This document shows, piece by piece, positions 50,469-59,536 of a stretch of DNA of 64,000 nt. The stretch's first letter is position 1. The number at the start of each line of letters is the position of its first letter. The position numbers and the translations under genes were made by a program. Origin of the DNA: Candidatus Nomurabacteria bacterium (GTDB taxonomy: Bacteria; Patescibacteriota; Minisyncoccia; Phycocordibacterales; UBA9973); NCBI GenBank assembly GCA_943348755.1, contig CALQYS010000003.1, positions 2,482 to 66,481 of the forward strand. The letters are read 5' to 3'. Under the pieces are notes generated by a model, which made no database searches, was not told the origin of the DNA, and worked only from the letters and a program-made list of their open reading frames with translations.

Positions 50469-50503
50469 CAGGGAAGCGCTCTAACCAGTTGAGCTACGAC
50501 CGC
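50430..50503 (-). tRNA. tRNA-Asp (anticodon GUC)
   Basis: Cloverleaf GCGGTCG / GCTC-AACTGGTT-AGAGC / CTTCC-CTGTCAC-GGAAG / GCCGG-TTCAAGT-CCGGT / CGATCGC, then G. Its 3' half overlaps the recombinase stop region. Confidence 0.65.
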
Positions 50504-50540
50504 ATGTTTTATCAAGGCTTTGCCTCGATGTGCCGGAGAG

Positions 50541-50611
50541 TGGAATTGAACCACTGTCTAAGGCTTATGAGTCCTTCGTTCTACCATTGAACTACACCGG
50601 CATATTAACAC
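50541..50611 (-). tRNA. tRNA with CAU anticodon (Met or Ile2/lysidine type)
   Basis: D arm GTTC-AATGGTA-GAAC, anticodon loop CUCAUAA, T arm AGTGG-TTCAATT-CCACT. The acceptor stem has one mismatch. Confidence 0.5.
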
Positions 50612-50741
50612 CATACTCGACAAATAGACATTGAGGCATGTCACCTGCCGATTGTTGCCCCTATGGCCTGCCTCGCTTCGCTTGGCAAGGGCCATTTTTG
50701 CTCTTAGCAAAACTGGCGCAAAAGCAAATCAATTTGCTTGT

Positions 50742-50810
50742 TGCGGGGTCTGGAATCGAACCAGAGTCTTAAGGTTATGAGCCTTACGAGATGCCTCTTC
50801 TCTACCCCGC
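50742..50810 (-). tRNA. Second tRNA with CAU anticodon (Met, fMet or Ile2)
   Basis: Anticodon stem TAAGG/CCTTA with loop CUCAUAA, T arm TCTGG-TTCGATT-CCAGA, acceptor GCGGGG.../...CCCCGC. The identity cannot be resolved by eye. Confidence 0.5.
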
Positions 50811-50858
50811 TATATATGTTTGGAGTTTCATTCTACCTTAAATAACCAAAAAAGTAAA

Positions 50859-51491
50859 TTAAATAAAGCCGAATTCACGAAAAATCTGTTCGTATAAGGC
50901 TATTATCCTTTTTGCCTCGTGTTGGGAAAGCTCAAAGGAAACGCCCTCGTGAGCTATCCTATTTCGAATGGTATGTACCTCCCAAGCAGAGGTTAAACTA
51001 TGGAACTTGTCCTGAGTAGCAGATTTTAATTTATCACCCAAGGTCTCTCCCTTAAATCCTAGTTGATTAAGCAATTCCTCAAGCATAGAGTCCGCTTCTA
51101 TCACTGCTAATTTCCAGTCGCTTGCGTGTTGAGAGAAAAGGTAAGTCAAAGTTTTTATCCATCTTTGATTTTTGGATATTTCATCCCCCTGGCTAATCTT
51201 TTTTTCACGTTCCGCTTGATGATGAGCATATTCGGCAATTTCATGCTCCAAATGTCTATGTTCTTTCTTTCTAATTTCCAAAATTCTGATTGAAGTATAT
51301 GAGATAATCATGATAAAAAACAAAACGAGAAAAAATAAAATTGTGTTGAAAATAGATACTATTCCAGCACCGTGATTGTTGAAAAAGTTAACAAAATTTT
51401 GAGAAAAAATGACCCCCTGATTAAATAAATACTGTGGATCAAACCATTTTGAGCCGAGAAGTGTGTTTTCAAGAATAATGTTCTGATTCAT
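50859..51491 (-). CDS. Membrane-anchored protein with a C-terminal HEPN-like Rx4H motif
   Basis: 210 aa. N-terminal TM helix, and the C-terminal helical region contains RNRIAHEG. Confidence 0.3.
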   Translation of the reverse strand: MNQNIILENTLLGSKWFDPQYLFNQGVIFSQNFVNFFNNHGAGIVSIFNTILFFLVLFFIMIISYTSIRILEIRKKEHRHLEHEIAEYAHHQAEREKKISQGDEISKNQRWIKTLTYLFSQHASDWKLAVIEADSMLEELLNQLGFKGETLGDKLKSATQDKFHSLTSAWEVHTIRNRIAHEGVSFELSQHEAKRIIALYEQIFREFGFI

Positions 51492-51500
51492 GTTTATAAA

Positions 51501-52925
51501 TTATATCATGCTTTTCATTTCCTCAAATTTCTTACCGATTTCAAATAAAACATCTTCCCTCCCGTGGGAGGCCATAAATTGGATTCCGAGCGGCAGTTTT
51601 TTATCATTTAGTTCCGTAAAACCCGATGGGACAGAAATGGCAGGAACGCCGACAATGTTGGCGGTAACTGTAAAAATGTCTTCTAAATACATAGAAAGTG
51701 GACTGCTCTTCTCACCTATAACCCAGGCCGGAGCTGGAGAAGTCGGAGTTAAAACTAAATCTACTTCGGAGAAGACTTTGATAAATTCCTTCCTCAATGT
51801 GACCCGAGCTTTTTGAGCCTTACCATAATAAGCATCATAATAGCCCGCCGAAAGGACATAAGCGCCCAAAAGAATTCTCCTTCGTGCCTCTTTACCAAGT
51901 CCGGTTCCTCGAGTTATTAAATAGTCCTCGAGTAAATTTTTACCGTTCTTGTGCGAACCGTATCTCACCCCATCAAAACGAGACAGGTTGGTAGAAACCT
52001 CCGCAAAATTGATAATGTAATATAGGGCAAGACAGTTTGGTAGTTTAATATCTTTTATTTTATAGCCTATATTTTCCAAATTTTTTACTATTTTTTTAAA
52101 ATTTTCCTTTACTTCTTTATCGATTCCTTCCTGCTCAATGAGACTCCAGGGCACTCCGATCATCATTTGAGTTTTTTTAGATAATTTTTCATAAGTTTTA
52201 TCTATGACAGAAGTACTGTCAAATTCATCTTGACCCTTTATAACGTTAAAAATAATCTGCGCGTCTTCTGCGGTTTTTGCAATTGGGCCTATGACGTCAA
52301 AAGATGATGTCGCAGCCATTAAACCGTAACGTGAAACAGTCCCATAGGTGGGTTTAAATCCGACTACTCCACAAAAAGCAGAAGGTTGACGAATTGATCC
52401 TCCTGTATCTGAACCTAGTGCACCAAGTGCCATGTTGCTATTAACAGCAGCTGCCGAGCCACCAGAAGTGCCACCAGCCACTCGTGAAGCATCATAAGGA
52501 TTTTTGGTCACTCCATAAGCTGAATTTTCTGTGGAACCCCCCAAGGCAAATTCATCCATATTGGTTCTCCCTAAGAAAATAGCTCCTTGTTTTTTTAATT
52601 TTTCTATGACTGTAGCATTGTATGAAGCAACATAATTTTCTAGAATTTTCGAGGCCGAACTAGCTTTTCTGCCTTGAATTAAAATATTGTCTTTGATAGC
52701 AAGTGGAATACCGAGAAGCGGATGAGACTCCCCTTTGGAAATTCGTGCATCAGCCGCTTGGGCCTGTTCTAACACATCATCATAAATTTCCAAATAAGCA
52801 TTCAATTCTTTATTCTTATTTTTTATTTCATTTAAGTAAGCCGATGCTAAATCCACCGCCGAAAAAACCTTATCATCAAGGGCTTTTCTTGCTTTGGTGA
52901 TAGTGAGATTAGCTAGATCAATCAT
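51501..52925 (-). CDS. gatA: Glu-tRNA(Gln)/Asp-tRNA(Asn) amidotransferase subunit A
   Basis: 474 aa with the amidase signature GGSSGGSAAAV. Confidence 0.85.
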   Translation of the reverse strand: MIDLANLTITKARKALDDKVFSAVDLASAYLNEIKNKNKELNAYLEIYDDVLEQAQAADARISKGESHPLLGIPLAIKDNILIQGRKASSASKILENYVASYNATVIEKLKKQGAIFLGRTNMDEFALGGSTENSAYGVTKNPYDASRVAGGTSGGSAAAVNSNMALGALGSDTGGSIRQPSAFCGVVGFKPTYGTVSRYGLMAATSSFDVIGPIAKTAEDAQIIFNVIKGQDEFDSTSVIDKTYEKLSKKTQMMIGVPWSLIEQEGIDKEVKENFKKIVKNLENIGYKIKDIKLPNCLALYYIINFAEVSTNLSRFDGVRYGSHKNGKNLLEDYLITRGTGLGKEARRRILLGAYVLSAGYYDAYYGKAQKARVTLRKEFIKVFSEVDLVLTPTSPAPAWVIGEKSSPLSMYLEDIFTVTANIVGVPAISVPSGFTELNDKKLPLGIQFMASHGREDVLFEIGKKFEEMKSMI

Positions 52926-53194
52926 AGTATCTTTTTAACTTTTAGAAAACCATCCTGCGCTTCTGGAAATTGTCCTATAATTAAATCATGGGAAAAGTTT
53001 CGTGAATCTGTTTTATCCTCCCGAGAAACATTAGTAATATCATAATCAGTTTCTATATCAGCTGTATTGACCTTTTCAATCTGTTTTACATAATCCAAAA
53101 TGCCTTTCATGTCCGAAAGTATTTGTCTTTTTTCATCTTCCCCCAGCTCAATCCGAGCAAGATTTGCTAGGTTTTCAACATCTTTTATGTCCAC
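52922..53194 (-). CDS. gatC: Amidotransferase subunit C
   Basis: 90 aa. The stop overlaps the gatA start and the gene uses a GTG start. The LARIEL motif typical of GatC is present. Confidence 0.6.
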   Translation of the reverse strand: MDIKDVENLANLARIELGEDEKRQILSDMKGILDYVKQIEKVNTADIETDYDITNVSREDKTDSRNFSHDLIIGQFPEAQDGFLKVKKIL

Positions 53195-53210
53195 ATCGGA
53201 AGTATAACAA

Positions 53211-53301
53211 AAGCTTCGCCTTGTGTAAATTTTTTATCTCCGAGGGTCCCACGCCGAAGGCGAAGGGCGCAGGAGGAAAAAATTTACACAAGGCGAAGCT
53301 T
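53211..53301. terminator. Long palindrome: 25-bp perfect arms around a 41-nt GC-rich core, between htpX and gatC
   Basis: AAGCTTCGCCTTGTGTAAATTTTTT ... AAAAAATTTACACAAGGCGAAGCTT. A U-run follows on the minus strand, and the 3' arm overlaps the htpX stop codon. Confidence 0.45.
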
Positions 53302-54187
53302 ACCCAATCAAAGCTTTTATTCTTTCTTCTACTGGTGGATGAGTGGCAAATAAATTACCGATTTTTTTACCCAATCTTGAGCCTCTAGGGTCCGCAATGT
53401 ATAGATGCGCAATAGCACTGGACTGAGATATCATGGGTTTCGAGTATAGAGCAATCTTTTTTAATGCATTGGCTAGACCCTCTGGATAGCGAGTAAGTAA
53501 CGCCCCAGAAGCATCAGCTAGGAATTCCCTCTTTCTGGAGATGGCAAGTTGAATAAGCAAAGAAAAAATCGGGGCTAAGATTGAAAGCAAAATCCCGACA
53601 ATTATCAGCAATCCTCCCCCTTTGTCATTATCTCGACTTCTCATATTACCAAAAAATAAATTCCTTCTAAAAACATCCGACAGGATAGTGATGAAACCAA
53701 CTAGAACGACAACAACTGTAGAAAGTAGCATGTCGCGATTGCCGACATGAGAAAGTTCGTGCGCTATCACACCCTCCATTTCGGTTTTATTTAAAATAGA
53801 CAAAAGTCCAGTAGTCACACAAACCACCGCGTGATCTTTATCTCTACCTGTAGCAAAAGCGTTCGGAGCTTGGTCTGATACTACATAAACCTTGGGCATT
53901 GGCAATCCTGCTGTAATAGATAAATTCTCCACGCTTATATAAAAATCAAAATATTCTTCCCTTTTTGCCTCTTTAGCTCCAGCGAGTTTGATGATAATTT
54001 TATCTGAGTACCAATACGAAAAAAAGTTCATGAATATGCTGAAAATCACGAAGAAATAAAGGATATTGGGGTTATTGTAATAAAAGCTGAAAAACCAGCC
54101 AAAAAGAATGACCACAACGACAAAAAGGGTCATTAGTAGCCATGTTTTTGTCACATTTTTTGATTGCTCGGTATAAAGTGTAGCCAT
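53300..54187 (-). CDS. htpX: M48-family zinc metalloprotease HtpX
   Basis: 295 aa. HELSHV zinc-binding motif and a 4-TM topology. Confidence 0.75.
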   Translation of the reverse strand: MATLYTEQSKNVTKTWLLMTLFVVVVILFGWFFSFYYNNPNILYFFVIFSIFMNFFSYWYSDKIIIKLAGAKEAKREEYFDFYISVENLSITAGLPMPKVYVVSDQAPNAFATGRDKDHAVVCVTTGLLSILNKTEMEGVIAHELSHVGNRDMLLSTVVVVLVGFITILSDVFRRNLFFGNMRSRDNDKGGGLLIIVGILLSILAPIFSLLIQLAISRKREFLADASGALLTRYPEGLANALKKIALYSKPMISQSSAIAHLYIADPRGSRLGKKIGNLFATHPPVEERIKALIG

Positions 54188-54242
54188 AAATTATTTCTCC
54201 TTATTTCTACTATTTTTAATAAAAAATATTACTTTTCTTGAA

Positions 54243-55523
54243 TTATTTATTTATACTTTTGGGCTTATCAGGAACAAATGTTATGAGACCCATTTTTTTA
54301 TCTGAATTTTTTCTGTTATGGTCAAGAACCCCTCGTGTTAAGTTATGGTCACCTCCTAATACAAAAGGTAGTATTCTCTGTTTTAGAGTTAAATTTATTT
54401 CTTTAATCATAGCTATGGCAATGTCTTCCCTATCATCCATAACAAATTTTTGATTTTTTTTAATTAACTTTGTAGCCTTATCAAGAAATTCCTGACGGTC
54501 TCTTTCGCTCAATTTAGCTTTATCTTCTTGTGACATTTCTTCCCAATGCTTAAACATTTTCGCCATTTCATTTATAACTTCTTGGGCAGCCTTATTACCA
54601 GCTACGGTTTCAGTTCCCATTAAATGTATCTTTCCTTCAACCGCAAGTTTACGATCCGCTCCCGCAAGATATATTCCATCTTGTCCTAATGAATCAAATT
54701 CATTTGTTATCTTTTTCTGCACTTCCTGAAATTCCTGTTCTGCGCGATCGTATTGACCGGGATGAGCAATGAAATAATTATGTAACTCGTTCAGCTTTTG
54801 TCGATATGAATAAGTAAGAAGTAGTTTAATATTATTATCCTTATAACGCTTCGCACGCTCATAAAAAAGCAAAACTTTAAAGAAACATCCTTCCTTTGGA
54901 TTAATTTTTGAAAGATCTTCTATATTTTTTGAAAATCCTGTTTGATCATATCCGTCTTTCGCAATACCTTCTGTAAAAATATTTGTAAGAGAACTGTTAC
55001 TTTGTTTAGAAAAAGCCAATAAAACTTGCTCTATCTTTTTCTGCACTGATATAATTTCTTGATATTTTCCCTCTTTTGCTTCCCATGATTTTAAAAATTC
55101 TATGGAAGTTTCCTGATAATGCGTCTGCCCTATGTGAACAATATACGGACCGGTATCATTATCAACATCAAGTCTCACTGTGAAACCTGCCTTCTCGGCA
55201 ATAGCCATCATATCATAGCCTGTTTTTTTAATAAGCTCTTGCCGTAATGCATCAGGTGAAGACGCTTTTTCTTTTTGTGCAGTGTCAACCACAAGTTCAG
55301 GAATCACGCTAGACTTATCTCTGAAAGTTATGGGCTCGTTAGTTTCAGCTTTTACGCCTTCTCCTCCAGTAAAAATTATGCCAGCAGCTAGGACTCCTTC
55401 CCAGAAATTTTTTAAACTACTTTTCTGTTGCTTTTGGGGCAGACTGCTTTCACCTGATTTAACACTTTTTGGTATAGGTGCTTCTGCTTTTTTATCTTTT
55501 TTATTTTGTGTTTCAAATTTCAT
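54243..55523 (-). CDS. Hypothetical secreted protein, coiled-coil rich
   Basis: 426 aa with an N-terminal signal/TM segment. No family recognised. Confidence 0.3.
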   Translation of the reverse strand: MKFETQNKKDKKAEAPIPKSVKSGESSLPQKQQKSSLKNFWEGVLAAGIIFTGGEGVKAETNEPITFRDKSSVIPELVVDTAQKEKASSPDALRQELIKKTGYDMMAIAEKAGFTVRLDVDNDTGPYIVHIGQTHYQETSIEFLKSWEAKEGKYQEIISVQKKIEQVLLAFSKQSNSSLTNIFTEGIAKDGYDQTGFSKNIEDLSKINPKEGCFFKVLLFYERAKRYKDNNIKLLLTYSYRQKLNELHNYFIAHPGQYDRAEQEFQEVQKKITNEFDSLGQDGIYLAGADRKLAVEGKIHLMGTETVAGNKAAQEVINEMAKMFKHWEEMSQEDKAKLSERDRQEFLDKATKLIKKNQKFVMDDREDIAIAMIKEINLTLKQRILPFVLGGDHNLTRGVLDHNRKNSDKKMGLITFVPDKPKSINK

Positions 55524-55542
55524 TATAGTGAGCTTTGCTCTA

Positions 55543-56430
55543 CTATTGAGATTTCTTCTCTTGGGTTTTTAGATAACTGGCGATTACAGATGAAATATAA
55601 TTTCCATTGCAACCAAGACTTTGAATTTTATTTTGGTCAATATTACTTTCTATAAATAAACCGAGGGTTCCATAAAAATATATTTGACTTGCATATCTGC
55701 TTGGGTTGTTTATGTCAGGTATAGTAAATAGAGAAACCTTCTTAGTCTCGTCTAAACCCTTAACAATACTAACAGGACATATCAGATACTGACCCGCTAA
55801 TTTTTTACCAGTTACATCAACCAGCGTACTATCTGCACTATAAGAAAGTTTAAAGTTGCAGGTATTTTGATTATTTACAACCTCAAAACTAGTCGGGAAC
55901 AAAGGATCTTGCAGAGTAGCTTTAGCATTTTTACAATAGAGAGCACTATTACCCAAACAATCCAACACTTTATTATTTTGGTATGTAAGAGGATTCGTAA
56001 GGTCGGGCGCAGTACTTGTCCCACAATCTTCTACGGTCGGTGCACTTTTTACTACCGTATTATTTTGCACTAAAGATGTCTGGGCTGGGCTGGTAGATGC
56101 CTTAGATCCAAAATAAGAACCCATTAACCCCTCTACACTACTCACCCCAGAATCCCAAAAATTTATTATTTCTGGTTTATAAAGATACCAAAAAACGACC
56201 AAAGCCAAACCAACAATGACGAAAATCAAATCGTGCCAGAGAATTTTGTTTTTGTTTTTTACAATCATAGAACTCTCTCCAAGCCCCTGCATAGGAATTA
56301 CAATTCTAAAGGCTTCGCTCAAATCCGTCTCATTCCAACCATTATTAACCAGCTCTGTGCGGATTTCTTCACGCGCACGCCCGCTAGCAATCTCTACGCG
56401 TATGTATTCTACAAGTTCTGTCGTGATCAT
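55543..56430 (-). CDS. Hypothetical single-pass membrane protein with a Cys-rich ectodomain
   Basis: 295 aa. A cytoplasmic N-terminal domain of about 45 aa (..YIR..I..G...EEI...L...GW.E.DL.EAF) is shared with the next gene. Confidence 0.3.
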   Translation of the reverse strand: MITTELVEYIRVEIASGRAREEIRTELVNNGWNETDLSEAFRIVIPMQGLGESSMIVKNKNKILWHDLIFVIVGLALVVFWYLYKPEIINFWDSGVSSVEGLMGSYFGSKASTSPAQTSLVQNNTVVKSAPTVEDCGTSTAPDLTNPLTYQNNKVLDCLGNSALYCKNAKATLQDPLFPTSFEVVNNQNTCNFKLSYSADSTLVDVTGKKLAGQYLICPVSIVKGLDETKKVSLFTIPDINNPSRYASQIYFYGTLGLFIESNIDQNKIQSLGCNGNYISSVIASYLKTQEKKSQ

Positions 56431-56468
56431 AAATTTATTATATCAACAAATGAGAAACAAAAACAAGT

Positions 56469-58022
56469 TTATTCTAAAGGACAAACTGTGCCATCTGGTA
56501 GGTCAGTTGTTTCTTTAGAAAAACCTGTTGAATCCACACAAAAATAGCCTGAATTTTGGGAAAGTTTTACTCCCATAGCATATGCCTTTTTTCTATCCAG
56601 ACAGACAAACCCAGTACCACCCACATCTTCAATAGCCTTACGGGCGACTTTTAATTCTTTGGATAAACAAAATCCTAAATAAGCGTTGTTATGCTGATCA
56701 TAAAAAAGCTCTGCTTGTGCTCGCATATTTGCCAAATTAGCCTTTATGGACGCCTCCTTCCCCTTTTGCCTAGCACTTTCTAGTGAAGCTGCTATTAAAT
56801 CAGCAAAAGGTGTACTCTCTGCGGGAGCAATGACTGACACTGGCTGATTATAGTCACTCGTAATACTTACCATACTTATTTTTACCTGTTCATTTTTAGC
56901 GATGTCTGGTTGAACCCCGAAATTTACATTGACCTTATGTACTAATTTATCATTGCGACCAATCCAAATTTCTCCTTTAAAATCGACAATCTTATCTAAC
57001 TCTCTGGAGAATGTTGCAGCATCAAAATCAGAAAATCGTACATTATCTTTATTGATAGTACTGAGGTACGTTTTAAGCGACTGGAAGTATGCAATTACCG
57101 CATCTTTATCTAAATCAAAAGAAAAATGATAGGAAGGCTCTCCACCAACTGTTTCAGGGGTTAACTTGGCTAGTGGCTTTATGAGATGCGCACTTTGAAA
57201 AATTTTATACAGCTGGTCTTTTTGATCAGTAGTAAAAATATCAGCTGGCATACTATCTTCACTTGATGGAACGAGGCTAGATGGATTCGCAGTAATTTGT
57301 TTATTTATCAACTTAACGGGAAAAGAAAACCATTTGTTTTCATATTGAGTGATGCTGGGCACTGGTAATGGAAAATTTGCTAAAGTAGGAGCTTTTTTAA
57401 GTTCTACATAAAAAGTATTATTAACCAATCTAAATTCCACTTCCGTAGAAAGATAACCGCCAAGAGTAAAAGAAATATTAGAAGAAATTTTTAAATTGTT
57501 AGTGTCATTTACATCAGATACCCCCTTCATCAAAAGACTGATTTGCTGAGAATTAATACCAACAGAGGATAAGGAGTTCAGCGGACTATTAACATCTTTG
57601 ATCCCCGAAAAATCAACATAAAAAGTAATGTCATGTGAGGAGCTTTTAGTAACTTTAGCTCTCTCCATAGATTCTGAAAGAATTTTCGGTAATGATACAA
57701 AAGCGCCTGTGTAATATGTATAAGCGGCTGCTCCGCCAGCCAGGCTGATTAAAATTAAGGTGAAAATAATAGGCAATATCCTTTTACTCTTGCTGTGTTC
57801 TGGGTGAAAAGAATCTGTTGAGGATTGAGTAACATTTGTTGCCACTGCAGAAACAGGAGAAGGCGTCGGTACCGGGGTGGAGATGGGTTCCACGGCTGTA
57901 AAAACTTCTTTGATATCTTCATCAGTCCAACCTGCCCCCTTTAAATTAGTCGCAATTGTTTCCTTTGGGACTTTTAGCGAAAGTTGTTTTCTTACATACC
58001 CTAGCAATTGATCGTTGATCAT
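56469..58022 (-). CDS. Hypothetical single-pass membrane protein; N-terminal domain paralogous to 55543-56430
   Basis: 517 aa. The N-terminus LLGYVRKQLSLKVPKETIATNLKGAGWTDEDIKEVF is followed by a Pro/Thr linker, a TM helix and a large ectodomain with C-terminal Cys residues. Confidence 0.3.
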   Translation of the reverse strand: MINDQLLGYVRKQLSLKVPKETIATNLKGAGWTDEDIKEVFTAVEPISTPVPTPSPVSAVATNVTQSSTDSFHPEHSKSKRILPIIFTLILISLAGGAAAYTYYTGAFVSLPKILSESMERAKVTKSSSHDITFYVDFSGIKDVNSPLNSLSSVGINSQQISLLMKGVSDVNDTNNLKISSNISFTLGGYLSTEVEFRLVNNTFYVELKKAPTLANFPLPVPSITQYENKWFSFPVKLINKQITANPSSLVPSSEDSMPADIFTTDQKDQLYKIFQSAHLIKPLAKLTPETVGGEPSYHFSFDLDKDAVIAYFQSLKTYLSTINKDNVRFSDFDAATFSRELDKIVDFKGEIWIGRNDKLVHKVNVNFGVQPDIAKNEQVKISMVSITSDYNQPVSVIAPAESTPFADLIAASLESARQKGKEASIKANLANMRAQAELFYDQHNNAYLGFCLSKELKVARKAIEDVGGTGFVCLDRKKAYAMGVKLSQNSGYFCVDSTGFSKETTDLPDGTVCPLE

Positions 58023-58045
58023 GGGTAAAAATGTTTATAGCTTTT

Positions 58046-58600
58046 CTAAAATTTTACTTCTACTGGATTTTGAGCAGCATCATTGTCTCCTAGATCAAAG
58101 AATTCTTTTTTAGAAAAGCTGAAAAGCTTGGCCAGTATATTCGATGGGAAAGACTCAATCTTGATATTTAAATCACGCACATTACCGTTGTAAAACCTGC
58201 GAGCCGCTTGGATCTTGTTTTCTGTGTCCGAAAGCTCGTTTTGTAAAGATAAAAAATTAGTGTTGGCTTTAAGATCTGGATATGCTTCGGAAATAGCAAA
58301 GACGGATTTAAGCGCCCCAGAAAGTGTGTTCTCGGCTTTGGCATGTTCTTTGGTTGGACCCGATACGCCCATAGCCATACTTCGAGCTTTTGTCACATTT
58401 TCAAAAGCTGAGGATTCATGCTTGGCGTAACCTTTTACAGTATTTACTAAATTAGGAATGAGATCATATCTCCTTTTTAACTGAACTTCAATATCGGCCC
58501 AAGCCTCCCCTGCGCGATTACGTAAAGAGACAAAACCATTGAACACAAAAATAGTCCATAAAACCAAGACTCCCAAGATTATTGAAATAAACATCATGGC
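58046..58600 (-). CDS. LemA family protein
   Basis: The C-terminal LemA motif ESFPSNILAKLF is present. The listed start at 58720 overlaps secF, and the internal MMFISIILGV at about 58600 is more likely. Confidence 0.55.
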   Translation of the reverse strand, partial: AMMFISIILGVLVLWTIFVFNGFVSLRNRAGEAWADIEVQLKRRYDLIPNLVNTVKGYAKHESSAFENVTKARSMAMGVSGPTKEHAKAENTLSGALKSVFAISEAYPDLKANTNFLSLQNELSDTENKIQAARRFYNGNVRDLNIKIESFPSNILAKLFSFSKKEFFDLGDNDAAQNPVEVKF

Positions 58601-58634
58601 TATATTGTACCACTTGGAAATAAGCAAAGCAAAA

Positions 58635-59528
58635 CTACTTCTTGTCTTGCTGTTCCTGTATCCAAACCAAAAGCGGTGAAGCAAAGAAAAGTGACGAATA
58701 GATGCCAAAGAAAAGGCCAATGGTCAAAATTAGGGAGAAATTTTTAGTCGTCTCTGGACCGAAGAAGTAAAGCGGAACTAGCACAAAAATAATAGTGATG
58801 GTTATATTGATAGAGCGAACAATGGTCTGGCTTGTACTTACACCAACTGTTTGTGCAAAATTTTTCATACCACCATCTCTTAAGTTTTCTCTAATCCTGT
58901 CAAAAACAACGATCTTGTCATGCACCGACAAGCCCAAAATAGTCAGAAGAGCTAGAACAAATAAAGTATCAACTTCGGCACTTGTGTAATGAGAGAGAAG
59001 TGCAAAAATTCCTGTCGGTATAATGATGTCGTGAAGAAGAGTGATGATGGTAATAATCCCATACTTCCATGATGACACTGGGCGTGACACCTTTCGGAAA
59101 GCATAAGTAATAAAAAGGATGATAGCGGTAATGACAAAAATAATCGAAAGAATGGCCTTATGGGCAAGCTCACTACCAACCGAAGGGCCGATAGAGGTAA
59201 AACCTTTTTCTGTAACTGGATATTTTCCATTGATGGATAGAGAGCCGGAAAGTGCTTCGTGTTCTGCCTGACTTAAATCTCTGGTCTTAATGATATAACC
59301 ATTTTCCCCTGTGGGCTGAATAAGCACTTGGTTAATGTTAAGTTTTTTAACGGCATTTTCCACTAAAGATACATCTGGACGCCCGAGAGAATAAGCAACT
59401 TCAAGTAATGCTCCTCCTTTAAAATCAATACCGAGTTTAAGACCAAAAGTAAAAACGAAAACGAGAGAAACAACCATTAGAATAATCGATAGAGATAAAA
59501 ATATTTTTTTGTATTTGATGATAAACAT
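58635..59528 (-). CDS. secF: Protein translocase subunit SecF
   Basis: 297 aa with 6 TM helices and SecD/F signature regions. Confidence 0.8.
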   Translation of the reverse strand: MFIIKYKKIFLSLSIILMVVSLVFVFTFGLKLGIDFKGGALLEVAYSLGRPDVSLVENAVKKLNINQVLIQPTGENGYIIKTRDLSQAEHEALSGSLSINGKYPVTEKGFTSIGPSVGSELAHKAILSIIFVITAIILFITYAFRKVSRPVSSWKYGIITIITLLHDIIIPTGIFALLSHYTSAEVDTLFVLALLTILGLSVHDKIVVFDRIRENLRDGGMKNFAQTVGVSTSQTIVRSINITITIIFVLVPLYFFGPETTKNFSLILTIGLFFGIYSSLFFASPLLVWIQEQQDKK

Positions 59529-59536
59529 AATATGTA

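Noticed and set aside
42400-50503. Target-site duplication or direct-repeat att sites, such as a second partial tRNA-Asp, delimiting the island
   Set aside because: None was found by eye. Serine recombinases do not generate long duplications, so the left boundary of the island remains undetermined.
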